DNA from: Eledone cirrhosa
Taxonomy: Eukaryota
Assembly (NCBI GenBank): GCA_964016885.1
Contig: OZ024742.1
Coordinates: 106,950,001-107,014,000, forward strand
Direction of reading: 5' to 3'
Length of the DNA stretch: 64,000 nucleotides
This document shows, piece by piece, positions 27,106 to 39,825 of this stretch; the first letter of the stretch is position 1, and each line of letters starts with the position of its first letter. The notes below the pieces were generated by a model, which did no database searches, had not been told where the DNA came from, and worked only from the letters and a program-made list of their open reading frames with translations. A program made the translations under genes and the position numbers.

Positions 27106-28253
27106 AGATACATAATATATATTATATCAAGTGCTTTAGCAATCAATTATATTTGCCAATTGATAACTTTCAGCTACTACTTCACATCGGTATACACATT
27201 TCTTCAGACCATATTGGTATCTAGAAAATATTTTAACCTTTATTTATTTTGATATTTTTCCAATATCTCACCACATATTGAAGACAAGAAAAAACAGTGG
27301 GGTTGCTTAGATGTTTACCCCCCTTAAACACCAAACCAAACTGGTAAAATTATTTTTTTAACAACAGTTTCAGTTACATTTCACTCAAAAGCTGAGAATA
27401 AATAGGAATTTCTCTCACTCTTAACTCTGATGACATATCATATATCAAGCCAGACTGCCAACCATCAAGGAAGCACATTCATTCATTTCTCTTTTTCCAA
27501 CCCATAAATTAAGCACATGTCCTTTTTATCTTCCAAACATCAAAGAGCTGTATATAATATTGAATATATAAAAAAAAAAAAAATCCTTTTACATTCAGAC
27601 GTCTTCTGGGTGTTCTTGTATCAGTGACCTGCCCATTAACAAACATGAAATGAACAGGAATAACAAACAAAAACATCAAATAGCTACTTTTAAACAAAGA
27701 CTGATCATATTTATAGATTAAATTAGAAATAATTGTATATGAATAGATTACAAATTTATAGTCACAACAGTGAATTCAATTTTAATTTTATCTTAAAGGA
27801 TGAAAAAGAAAGTGAAATATAGTTAAAACATTTTTTTTTTTTCGTTTGTTATCAAGTTGTGATTATATCATCCATAAAAGGCAATAGGCAGAGGTTTTGG
27901 TTTTATAACCAATTTTAGTAGTAGCAAGTCACAAGCTCTCAATTTCATATATATATATATATTAATTTATTTATCAAGCAATGCTGCATCAAACAAAGTA
28001 AACTGTTCTTTGAAAAATGCAGGTGCAAAATGTTGCAGGATACTTTAAGCAATGGTGAAGACTAAAATGTTTTAGATATCACCAGCATGTCTTGTTTGTT
28101 TGGTTTTTTTTTTTTAACAAAAATAAGCAAGTCTCTTCTGATAAGCAAATATATATATACAAGTCTTGAAGTACAGGCCAAGGTTTCAATAATATTTTAT
28201 ATCTTTGGTGGTAGTTGAAGCTGATGTGTGTTAGTGTGTCCCAATTGTTGGAG

Positions 28254-28329
<76 letters not shown>

Positions 28330-31300
28330 TTATTGAGAGAGAGAGAATGAAAAAGCAGATATAATATATCCTAGAAGCTGAGGGCTGTTTGGTTAATAAG
28401 TAAAGTGTGGTAAGAAAATTGGCGGTGAATGTTACCAACCAAGTCATTTATTCAAAATAGGTATCTAAGAGTTGATTGTTTGTTTCATGCATGGATATTG
28501 GACAGAAGCTATCTGAGCTAGCAAAAAGTGTGAACAATGCAACAAACCCTGTGCTAGCTGCTGAAAAGAAGGGTAAAATAGGAAAGCATGAATAACCAAA
28601 GTTGAGTACATGCTGAAGTTGGTTTACTTACCAACAGCAACAGCAATAAAAACCTTTAATAAGGAAGAATGTCTTGTGAACAAGATTACCTAATGTCCAT
28701 TTCTATCAGACTACAAAGGACATGCAACACTCTGATAATGTTGTTTTGAAAGAATATTGATTTCTAATTTGGGTACAAGGCCAGCAAATTAGGAGAAAAG
28801 GAAAAGTTGATTAAATCAACCCCAGTACTGGACTGGTAGTTTATTTTATGGACCCCAAAATGATGAAAGGCAAAATTGACTTCACCGAGACTTAAACTCA
28901 GAATGTAAAGAATCAGAACAAATACTGCAATAGCATTTTATCTGACAATCTACCAATTCTGCCAATCCATCACCTTTTTAAAAAGAAATTATTAAAACAG
29001 GACAGCAACTGGAAGATTCTAGAATTAGATTTTTTTTTTTAAATGATAAACTAAAATAAATAACCTTCTACTGATATTAGTATCAATATACACAATTCTA
29101 GAAAGATCTTGAAATAGCATATAAGGAAGGAAGGGGTAATAGGACACCACATACACAAATATCACAATTTTTAAAACAGTATATTGAATTAGTCTGGCTG
29201 CCTATAAGAAGACAAACAGGAATATATTTTCTTGTATGAAATTGGAACAAGTTATCAGAAACTTTAGTCAATTTATATCTACATAGATAGCATCTGCTAA
29301 ATATAAATTGAAATTTGGACAGAAATCTTTAGCATTCTGCATAGTTCCAGAAAGAAGTTGGCAGTAGGAAGAAATAATTCTTTTTTATTTCTGTATATAA
29401 GGAGAGTAGAAATGTTTTCTCAGTTCTTGTCCAAAGGGAGTTATGGAGCAAGAGAGTGAAGGAGGGGGTGGTCAGGAGTTGTCAGAAGAAAGAAAGAAAA
29501 AGAAAGGAGTTGGGAGTTATCAGAAGGGAGAGGGCAGTCATCAGAAGAAAGACAGGAGTCTCATCAGACAAATTAATATTTGTTTTAAATCACAGCATCT
29601 TCCACATCCTGGTGTCACTGAGTTATATGAGGAAGTAAACAGTACAGCAGGCACTTCACTAGACAGAGGGATGTTAAATTAACATGGAATTAGATTATAA
29701 CAAACTTGAAATGTAAAGCAGATGGTGGGGGGGGGGGGGGGGGAATAACTTGAGAAGTCAAAGAATATGAAAGACTTCTAGGACACATGATTCCACTGAT
29801 GCATGAAGCAATATACAAATGTGTTGGAATACAATACACAAGGAACAATAAAGAAGCTGAAGAAGAAAAGAAAACTTGTGAACAAAAGAACCAGAAGAAT
29901 TTGTAACTATTTTTAACAAACATTTAAGAATGTTGTCTTGTTTCCTTGTAAATCAACTGGATAAGTTCCAATGATGAACAGTTTAATACAGTTGCCCTAA
30001 GAAAAGGCTGTTGGAGAATATATTGATTATAGATTTCTTCACAGACACGCATGCACACAAATTAAGGTTTGTGAGTTGATTTCTTGTTACATTTTACTAG
30101 CTTAATGGAAGGTGGCAGAGATCTGATAAACATGTTATTTCATGTTTGAGTTTTTATTTTGCTTTTCTCAAAGACCCAATAAAATTCTTACATACAAAGA
30201 GACATGTATGTAGGAACCTGATTTCTTCCAGAGAAGCAGAGAGATAGATAGATAGATAGATAGAGTATCTGTCTCTGTACTGAACTAGTACTTTTTTTAT
30301 TGACCTCAAAAGGGTGAAAGGTAAAGATAACCTCAAAAGGCCAAAGCGATACCATAAACCATTCTATCCAATGTTCTAATGACTGCCAACTCGGCTGCCT
30401 TAGGAAACACATCAACTAACTAACTCTGCATGTCAACAATGAATCCTCAACGTAATTCCTCAATCTACTAGAAATAGCAGCCAAATCTCTTTCAAATCTC
30501 ACCTTGCTGTCTTAAAAAAGAAAGAATGACTTGATTTGAAGCATAAGATACACTGTAGTGGAAGAGAGAAAAGGGAGCCTGTATAGACTGCCTTTCATCA
30601 TAAAATTGCTTGATCTCAGGGTTGAGATGGGCCCTAACAATTGTAAATAGCACCAGAATATTTAGCCAATGCAAAACTTAGCAATGATAAGAAACATGAC
30701 CGACAACATCTAGTTTGTGAGGCCTTGGACGTTTTATCTCTAATCTTATGTTACTGGCCCAGTTAAAACACACCGAATTTAAAGCTAGAAACTTATTGAA
30801 TTGGTTAGGGAATAGGTAGAATATTGAACAACTGTAGTTGTCTGTCTGAATTCTAATGTTATGAAGTTGAAGTTTGGAATCAATGTATACTGAATAATTC
30901 AAATTTAATTGAATGAAGAATGTCTTGTCATGTCTTGTCAACTACACTGCATAGTATGACACTTGAACATATATAGAGAATACACTAACAGAAATATTAG
31001 ATAGAGCAAAGCAACACAGAAGACTGAGAAATCATTATGTTTAGTACATGTGTGCATGTGGGGGGGGGGTAGAGAGAGGGGAACAGAAATAGTGTCCTTA
31101 TATCAAAATGTTAGCAAATTTATAATAATTTTTGTTACAAAAAGTTTAAGCAACAAGAGTTTTTTTTACATCTCAGTAAAGTTTCTTGCTTCACAAGACT
31201 CCATTAGTAGTAAGATAGTTCAAGTTGAGACTATTTCCTCTCTGATTAACATAGAGTGAATGGATATAATATCATCAATGACTAGAAGCCAAACAATTCT

Positions 31301-32971
31301 ACAGTGAGACACTTTGCAATCAGTTGAGATTTAACAAAATAAACCCAATACATGCCACAAAGTGGTTGGCAGTAAGAAGGCTGTCCAGCTATAGAAGCCA
31401 AAATGGAATATATGTGCAAGAAACAATCAACTAACCTGCCTGTCTGGCCCCAGAATTTAAACCAGCTGTATCCGGCTAGAATTTTTTCCCCTTTTTTAAA
31501 CCGGCCGTAACCAGCAGCTCAAACTGACATTAAGATATCGTTCTTAAAATAAACAATAACGTCATTAAAATCTCATAGGCTCGATATTGTATGAGATAAA
31601 GTCTTTACAATGAAAATACAATAGTAAATATAGAATAATGTAAATGCTAAATAGTTAAACCATGCAAGCATGAAAAATAGATGTAAAGCAATGATGCTGA
31701 TGATTTCATTGGAAAGACGTCTTTGCATCACCAAAGAGATTGTAAGATATAGGAGTCATATAGGAGACTGGATGGTAATGCAACAACATTAATTGAAAAC
31801 TCTAAATCACAAGATGGAGGAGATCAATTTAAATCATGAATGATAGGGAATATAAGGACAGTGAATTGGCAGAGTTGTTAGAACACCCAATTGAATGTTT
31901 GATGGTATTTGTTCTGGCTCTCTACACACTCTGAGCTCAAATTCTCCTGAGGTCAGCTTTGCCTTTTATTCTTTCATGGTCGATATAAAAGTACTAGTCC
32001 AGTACTGGGTTCAATTCTTCCTCCATATATTTTTCTCACTTCTTCTTTCTCATTCTTTCACTCCTCTGGAAGAAAGTTTAAAGTGCCCAAGATAAGCTGT
32101 ATGTCACTATGGTGCCCCTATAACTCCATCGGGAGTTACTGGTCCAGGCATACATACATATAATAAAGAAAAAAAAACAGTGAAGGCACATGAAGTAGTG
32201 GTTAGGGTGTTGGACTCACAATCATAAGGTCATGGGTTTGATTCCCAGACAAAGCAGTGCATTGTATTCTTGCACAAAACACTTTACTTCAAGTTTTTTA
32301 ATGATAGGACTGGGGTCCTTATCATTAAAATGCCTAAGAAACTTCCTATGAGATGCAACCTCATAGGAGGCCAGCCAAACCTGCATAGGTATGAGCTGTA
32401 AATTTCATTTCATTTTCATTTGTTAATATGGAATAAAAAAACCACCTTTGAAGTTGTAAAAGGCCACCAGAGGTTAGAAAAAAAATAGCACCTATTAATT
32501 TCCCTTAACAAAAACATAGGGACAAGGTAACCAATTCTAAGGTGGCTGACAGCTAATTAAATTGATTGTCTTTATTTTAGCAATCCCTGAAGGATAAAAG
32601 GCCAAATTAGTCCTGTAAAGTGACATATCTAAGAAGTGATGAAGTACCTCATCTAGCACTCAGAAAATTATGCCAATCAACAACACTTCCCTAACCAAAA
32701 TAACATTCATAGTAAATATAATTTAACTGAACATTTGAATGATAGCAGAGAAAAGAAATTTTGTATTTGAAAGAAAAAAAACCCCTTAAAAACAAAAAAG
32801 TTACGAGATAATTCTGTCATCTACCTTATAATATAATGTACATTTGCTGTTATCGCTATCAGAGGGCATCATCCATAGTGCAATAACAAATATGTTGGTA
32901 ATGCAGCTAAGCAAATAAAAAGCCTAACATGTGAAAAGATAAGGGCAGTAACATGTTGTCATATTATTAGA

Positions 32972-33020
<49 letters not shown>

Positions 33021-36000
33021 GCCCACACACATTTTACTTTTTGTTTTTTGTTTTTTCAACTAGAAAAATAAAAGTGATGCAGATTATTGTAAGATATGTA
33101 AGATAACAAGAAAGCACGCTAAAGTTATTACTATATCAACAAACAAAATAAAAAAAAAACAATGATTAAACTGCTTTAATAGGCGCACTCAGATACACAT
33201 ACACACACATATGTCTATATATATACACATATGTCTATACACACACACACACACACTTATATATAAATAAAGATGCCTCGTGTTGAAAGCATGACTATCA
33301 TTAATGAGTTTTTTCTTCTTTGTTTTTTTTTTAACTTTCCTTTAGGCTTTTCAAGTTAGCAGATCTTATTTTATATTGTACTGCTAGCTTGAGTTGAATA
33401 ACAATTTTCAAAATGTGTGCATTTCAAGTATTCAATGATTCATTCTCATAACTTAGTTTAGATTGGAATAGCAACAGTTGTATCTTTGTAACAGTAACAT
33501 TTAACATTGTCATCAGATGAAATACAGACTGCTCTACTTGGTTGGTGTTATGGCCCACAACTATGTAGGTTTAGCCAGCCTCCTATTACGATGCATCTCA
33601 TAGAAGCCTTCTTGCGTGTTTTAATAATCCTTTCTAACATTAGCACAAGGCCAGAAATTTTGGAGAAAGGGAAATTCAATCATATCAACCCCAGTACTTA
33701 ACAGATACTTTATTTTATTGACTCCAGGAGGACGACACGGCAAAGTTGAACTTGGGGAGATTTGAACTCAGAATGTAAAAGATTGTAACCAAATATAGTA
33801 AAGCATTTTGTCTGATGCTCTACTAATACTACCAATCTACTACCCTTGGATATTTTAATAATAGAGGCTCCAATCCTATCATCTATAACAATGCTCCAGA
33901 CTCTTTAGAGGTCATCTATACCATTTAATAAGTAGACAATGCACTATTGTCTACCTATCACTCAGAATACTATATGACCAGGGTATCATATGCCATTGAA
34001 GTTTCCTAAATATCATGACATTTCTATTGGTTTATATATTATATTGGATCAGTACAAGCCACCACAAAATCCTTTATACAGTCCACCAACTTCTTTTGAT
34101 TGTTGAATATAATTTTCAATATTAACACCTTTTCTCATTTTTAAAATACAAATTTTTATGAAAGATGATATTATTCAGGATGTGAGAGTAAAGTGTGAGT
34201 AGGCACATGTGTGTCCCCACACTATTTTACCCTTAGATCATACATATGCAGGTTCCACATCAGTTTACTGAACTTTTAAGTACCAAACCTATCCATTTTG
34301 CAAATGAACAAATATGAAAGTGAAAACAATGATGATGATTGATGATAGTAATAATTGAATCATACATCTCTACCATACCAATTATACATTTCCTAATGTA
34401 TCTAAAACACAAAAAAAAACTGACATAGAAACATGTGTATCCAACTGATCAATATCATCCTCAACATCATTACTACTGTTTAACATCTATTTCCCATGCT
34501 GGCATGGGTCGAACAGATTATATATGTTGTGAGGCTAGTCATGTCAAAGAACCACTTCTTGCTTACACATTCTGTTTTTGGCTCATACATGTTGCTCATA
34601 GATTCCATGCAAACATGGACAATAGATGTGTAATCATGATGATAATATGTGTGCATATGTATGTATGTATAAATGTTTGTGTAAAACTATATATTTTATT
34701 CAAAACTGTCCAACATGTGCTGACTGACATGCATACATGTACATACACTCACACTTTTCACAGCAGTACTTATATGTCAAAGGCCAGTCATGCCGCATAC
34801 TGTGTCACACTGAATCTCCCTGAGAATTATGTTAAGGGTACACTTATCTGTACAATGCTCAGCCATATACATGAGAAAACTATTCCATTGATTGAACAAC
34901 TGGAACATACATAATTGAAACAGACAGAGGTCTATTCCAATCCATATCAAATGACCAAACACCAGATAAATCTCACAAGCCCAAATTTATGACATAATTC
35001 CAAAGTAGTACTTCTACTATTTGGTTGAAGCAGGATTATCAAAGGATTATCAATGTGTAGTAGTTAATATAATCCAAGAAATCACAAGATCAACCTGAAA
35101 TCTTATTTTTCACCTTTTTTGTTTATTTTTTTTAATTTGATACAGATTTTGTTTTTTTTATACCAGCCTGCCAGCAAACAGCATATTTTAACCCTTTCAT
35201 GAGCCTATTCCTAATTACTGTTATTTCAAACCCTTTTATGACTTATTTTGATTAATTAATGAAGAAATGTTTAGAGATTTGCTGAAATTATTAATTCATT
35301 CATCACTAAGATAGTATTATGTTGGAAGATTTAAAACTTTGCAACATAATTTTATGTAAAAATGTTCAGTTATTTCACAAATACCATCTTAATAATTATT
35401 TCTAACACTGGCACAAAGCCAGCAATTTGGGTGAAGGGAATATCGATTATATCAAACCCATTACTTAAGTAGTACTTTATTCTATCAATCTCAGAAGGAG
35501 GAATAGCAAAGTTGACCGCAAAAGGATTTTATATCAGATTGTAGAAAATCATAACTAAATACCACAAAATACTTTGTCTGTCACTACCAATACTGCCAAT
35601 CCAACACCCTTAATAACAAAACATCGTCAATATCACCATCCTCTTCATTTAATGTCCAAATTCTTCATTAATTAATTCTATGATAGGCAAAGTTGACCTC
35701 AGTGACATTTGAACTCAGAATGTAAAGAACCAGAACAAATACCAGAATTGTAGTTTACCAATTCTGAAAATCCACCAGTCTTCACATAAACTAATATTAG
35801 ACATTACATGGACCAATTAGGTCAGAGAAGAGAAACAGCCCCACTGTTAGATTCTGTTTTTCTCCTAAGTTAGTGCTTGTAATGTCTGGAACTATTGTAA
35901 ATTGAAAAATCTTAGTTTTTCATTCATAAATTAACAACAATATTTTCAGCAAAGAAATACACTCACTTTACAAGCAAAAGTATTTTTGCTCCTCTCTCTC

Positions 36001-36161
36001 TCTTTCTCTCTCTTAACATTGGATTTACTTTAGCAAGTGAAAAAAATATGGGAACAAGTAAAAGGGAGATAAAGGCAGAAATAAGCAAAAATGGGAGAGA
36101 TGGGGTGATGGAAAAAAGCAGTTAAAAACAGAATGTATGTAGACCTATCATTATGTCAGAT

Positions 36162-36316
36162 CAGCATTCGCCAACCAGTTTCCGCGAGAAAATTTTGGTA
36201 ATCCACAGAAAAATTTTAATGAATTTATCTTTTTAAAAAAATTCATATTAGTAGCTACAAGATTTAAAATTATGAATTTAGTGGTCCGTGAGGTCCAAAA
36301 GGTTGGCAACCACTTG
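36162..36316. mobile_element. hAT (Charlie/MER5-like) MITE remnant
   Basis: CAGCATTCGCCAACC...GTGGTCCGTGAGGTCCAAAAGGTTGGCAACCACTTG termini. Confidence 0.55.
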
Positions 36317-36414
36317 ATTAGATAGATTATTGCTTATGTTATCAGCAACTAAAAATTATGTCATCTGTTACAAGACCACTGTGACAGTCCCAGAGACAGT
36401 CAAAATCCCATTAA

Positions 36415-36677
36415 CCCTTTCATTACCATATTTCTAGTCAAATACATAACTATGATAGGTTTTGGCTAGTATTGGCTCAGGCCATGTCTAACTTAATAGC
36501 CTGTGTTTTTCAATTAATCAAGAATTTGGAGAGGATTTAGTAATATAACTACCTTTTTCATAACAACAAAAATTCTTACATGAAATTATGATGGAAGTTT
36601 TTTAGATAAACATCTTAAAAGAATAATTTTGTATCACAGAACCAAGACTAGCTTCAGGCGGTTTGGTATCGAAAATG
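36415..36677. mobile_element. piggyBac-type MITE family B (~265 bp)
   Basis: TTAA|CCCTTTCATTACC...GGTATCGAAAATG|TTAA. Confidence 0.75.
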
Positions 36678-36786
36678 TTAAGGAAGCACAATATCTTACA
36701 CAAAATAATTTCCTTTCATAAATTTAGGAAAAAATGTAAATATAAATAAGAAAGGAATAGATTCTGCTGATAAAAGCCTTAATTAA

Positions 36787-37497
36787 CCCATTTGATACTG
36801 GAACTGCCTTTGATTTATGATACAAAACTGCTTATTTTAACCCTTTCATTACCATATTTGCAATGAAATACACTGCCTATGTGTTTCAATTAGTTTTGAA
36901 AATAACCAAACATTTGGAGGAATTTAATAAAATAACTAAGTTTTTCAATAATCTGATATTTAGAACATTACTTAATAAAAAAATTTTTAAATAAAATGAT
37001 GATGGAAAGTTTTGATATGGAGATGACGCAATTTGGAGATAACGATTTTAAGATAGGCAATTTTGTATCATAAATCCAGGGCATTTCCAGGCAGTTGGGT
37101 ATCAAAAGGGTTACATCATCATCACCATCGTTTAATGTCCATCTTCCACGCTTGCATGGGTTTGGATGGGAATTTTCCCACTTGAGGCAAGATTGGTTGT
37201 CTTGCTCGTATAGGACTGTCTGGCGGGTTTTCTATGGCTGGATGCCCTTCCTAACACCAACCACGTTTACAGTGTGGACTGGGAGGTTTTTACCGTGTTA
37301 CCTACACAATGTTTATATTTATCTAAAAACCTTCCATCTTAATTTAATATAAGAGACCTTGTTAAGTTATGCTCCAAACATCAGATAAATAATTAAAGAT
37401 TTAGTTATATTACTACATTCCTCCAAATTTTGAATTATTTTCAAAATGATCTGAAAATCATAGGCAGTCTTTCATTTGAAATATGGTAATGAAAAAG
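36787..37497. mobile_element. Nested family B MITEs: an inverted copy (36841-37110) and a family C element inside another copy
   Basis: The outer copy starts TTAA|CCCATTTGATAC, breaks at TTAA 36837-36840, resumes at ~37306 and ends GGTAATGAAAAAG|TTAA. The inner copy is CCCTTTCATTACC...GGTATCAAAAGGG. Confidence 0.75.
37114..37305 (-). mobile_element. Family C RTE-type 3' end, close to the 7073 copy
   Basis: Shares ttccacgcttgcatgggtttgga...ttttcccacttgaggcaaga.tggttgtcttgctcg.ataggactgtctggcgggttttcta with 7110-7205. Confidence 0.75.
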
Positions 37498-38139
37498 TTA
37501 AATAAGTTAAATAAGTTATTGTATCATGAGTGAATTTCACATTAACACAATGTCCTGTATTGCATTATTCTGTAATAGCAAGACATTCTTGAAAAGTACA
37601 AAATAACATTATGACTGCATCATATTACTGAAAATATTTCCAATGATCTGTCTCCTAGTAAAGATACAATAAACATTTGAATTAACAAAGCAGATTTTAG
37701 GTATTTTCTGATAAATTACTGCAGGATGTACAGAGTGAAACCATTTCTATTAGAAAGGATCAGTAATAATTCTTATAACATATTTATGAGAAACTAAATC
37801 ATGGAACTAGTTTCTTGGTAAATATTTCACCGAAGCAAAGAAAAATACAAAAATAATAACTGCGTAATGCCACACCACCCAACACACACTAGTGCTATTC
37901 AATGTAAATAAATGCCAGTTAGAAACTTGAAATAATTGGTTTAAGAAAAGAGATTAACAGTGCAGTCTAGTTGTTAATGGCATCTATTTAGGAGGGATTT
38001 AGCATTGAGAGAATCATCGGTTTAAATCAGTATTCTTTAGCTCTTGAATAAGACAAAAGATACTGTACAATATTCTTTTACCTCTTATGATAAAACCTTC
38101 CCCAAACCAGCTCTGGTTCTATGAAGCAAAACCTTTTTT

Positions 38140-38720
38140 TGCCCATTTATTTCTGGTAGGGTCATGGGGCACAGTCCTCAGACATACCTTCCAGCAGGTT
38201 CTGATTAGAAGCAAGCAACTATCTCCAATTGATCCAATAGGATCCCTAAGCAAGATAAGCTGAGTTCATAGATGTTATCCAACCATCTTGCTTAAAGTCT
38301 ACTCCTGGGTCTCCTACAAGCTGGTTTTGCCTATAAAATCTGTCCAGCAATACTTTCCTTAGACATGCTGCTCTGACCACATGTCTGTAGTGTTTTAGCT
38401 GTGATCTCTCAATTTGGGAAAACAGTGGCTCTACCTAGAGCAACACTGATCTTTGAGCTACACACTCTATGAGAGTTGAGTTACTGCAAAGAGCCTTTGG
38501 GGTACCCCATTTTGGCTGCTTGTATTCGCGATCATATTCTTTAGGTCATTACCTAAGATTCATGACCTTCCACAACAAGTCCCGTGGAACACAGTCATAT
38601 GCCTTTGAGGTCTATGAAACAAGCACACACCTATTGTTAGTACTCCCATGATTTCTTGAAGACCTGCTGTAGTGTGAATATTTCGTCGGCTGTGCTGCAC
38701 TAAGGGCAAAAACCACACTG
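38140..38720 (-). mobile_element. Degenerate, internally deleted RTE LINE fragment inserted in a MITE
   Basis: Minus strand gives CACFIDLK.AYDCVPR (RT motif A, frameshifted) and an RPRSR..ARWLDNIYEL end like 5915-5960. It is flanked by two parts of a family B MITE (38085-38135, 38720-38905). Confidence 0.65.
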
Positions 38721-39104
38721 TTATGAAACAAAACCAACTATTTTAAATAGTTCCTAATTTGAATTTAAATCTTCCAACCTAATTTTATATAAAAACCATG
38801 TTAAGTTATTATTGTAGTAATAAAATATTAAATAATTTTAGTAAATAATCATAAAGTTAGTTTAATTTAGGCAGTGTTTTTCATTGGAAATATGGTAATG
38901 AAAAAATATATATGGGCCCCAGTCTCACCATAAGCTATTTACACATATACATAATTTATTTTATTTTAACTGCAAAGTTATTTTATCATCTCAAGGGCCA
39001 GGAGTTTCAGGTTTAATGCATTTGTTTTCAAACTAATTTGAAAAAGTACATTAAGCCCAAAGCTCGTGGCTTTCCAGTTGCTAGTATCGCTTTGCAACAA
39101 TAAT

Positions 39105-39320
39105 GATATTTTATCGAGGCACAAAGCGAGCAAATTTGAGGGAGGGGAAAATCAATTAAATCAACCCCAGTACTTGACAGGTACAGTATTTTATTGGCCA
39201 AAGAAGGATGGAAGGCAAAGTTGACTGTGGCTGGATTTGAACTCAGAACTTCAAGTGCTAGAACAAATACTGTTGAGCATTTGTTCAACACTTTAACAAC
39301 TCTGCCAATCCACCACCCTT
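39105..39320 (-). mobile_element. SINE family A (representative - copy, ~200 nt downstream of the SH2 exon)
   Basis: ggcacaa...aaatcaaccccagtact...aaggatggaaggcaaagttgac...ggatttgaactcagaa...tctgccaatccaccacc. Other - copies lie near 3300-3435, 4200-4353, 6058-6232, 6490-6643, 10870-11030, 16018-16203, 23165-23260, 28757-28975, 30270-30400, 33625-33846, 35395-35610, 35685-35780, 47920-48115 and 56470-56595. Confidence 0.85.
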
Positions 39321-39526
39321 TTCAGCTATAAAAAATTAAATTATACATGAAGACCCATGTATTAAGTTATTTTCTCCATCCTATTTGCTCAGACAAACAT
39401 AGTCACAGATTTAGATGTATTTTTATGTAGAAACCTGAAATGAAGAGATCTCAAAACCATGTTCTAGATTCTGTAGTAATTGTGTAAATACTGTATAAAA
39501 CAATATGAAACAAAATGGTGTCTTAC

Positions 39527-39825
39527 CTTTCCATCAGAATCTTCACTAATCCTATAGTGGTAAACCCTTCCTTCATATCGCACCGATATGGAGCGTTGAC
39601 CGGGGCTACTTTCACTCTCGCGAACTAAAAAGCTGCCGTTAATTCCACTGCTTAGTAAATATTCCGAAGCATTTCTGGATATTGGTCCATGGTACCAGGA
39701 GAATTTGTCTAAGCTATTAACTGGAGCAATATAGTTACTTGGTACCCAACCAATGTCACCAGCTTTATTCTTCACCTCACACCATTCACCACCTTTGTTG
39801 TAGCCAAGGATCGTCATTTGTTCAC
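39527..39825 (-). CDS. Abl: Abl tyrosine kinase internal exon (SH3 C-terminal half and SH2; equivalent of ABL1 exon 3)
   Basis: Within ORF 39464..39841: [18 protein letters not shown]...[75 protein letters not shown]. Acceptor ttattatgcag|GT, donor AAG|gtaaga, 299 nt, phase 1/phase 0. Confidence 0.97.

Larger units (their letters stand above)
1..39526 (-). other. Abl: Probable very long Abl intron downstream of the SH2 exon (>39.5 kb, runs out of the window)
   Basis: Donor at 39526. I found no next exon (expected ...TLAELVHHHS...KLGGGQYG) by eye in 1-39526. Confidence 0.65.
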
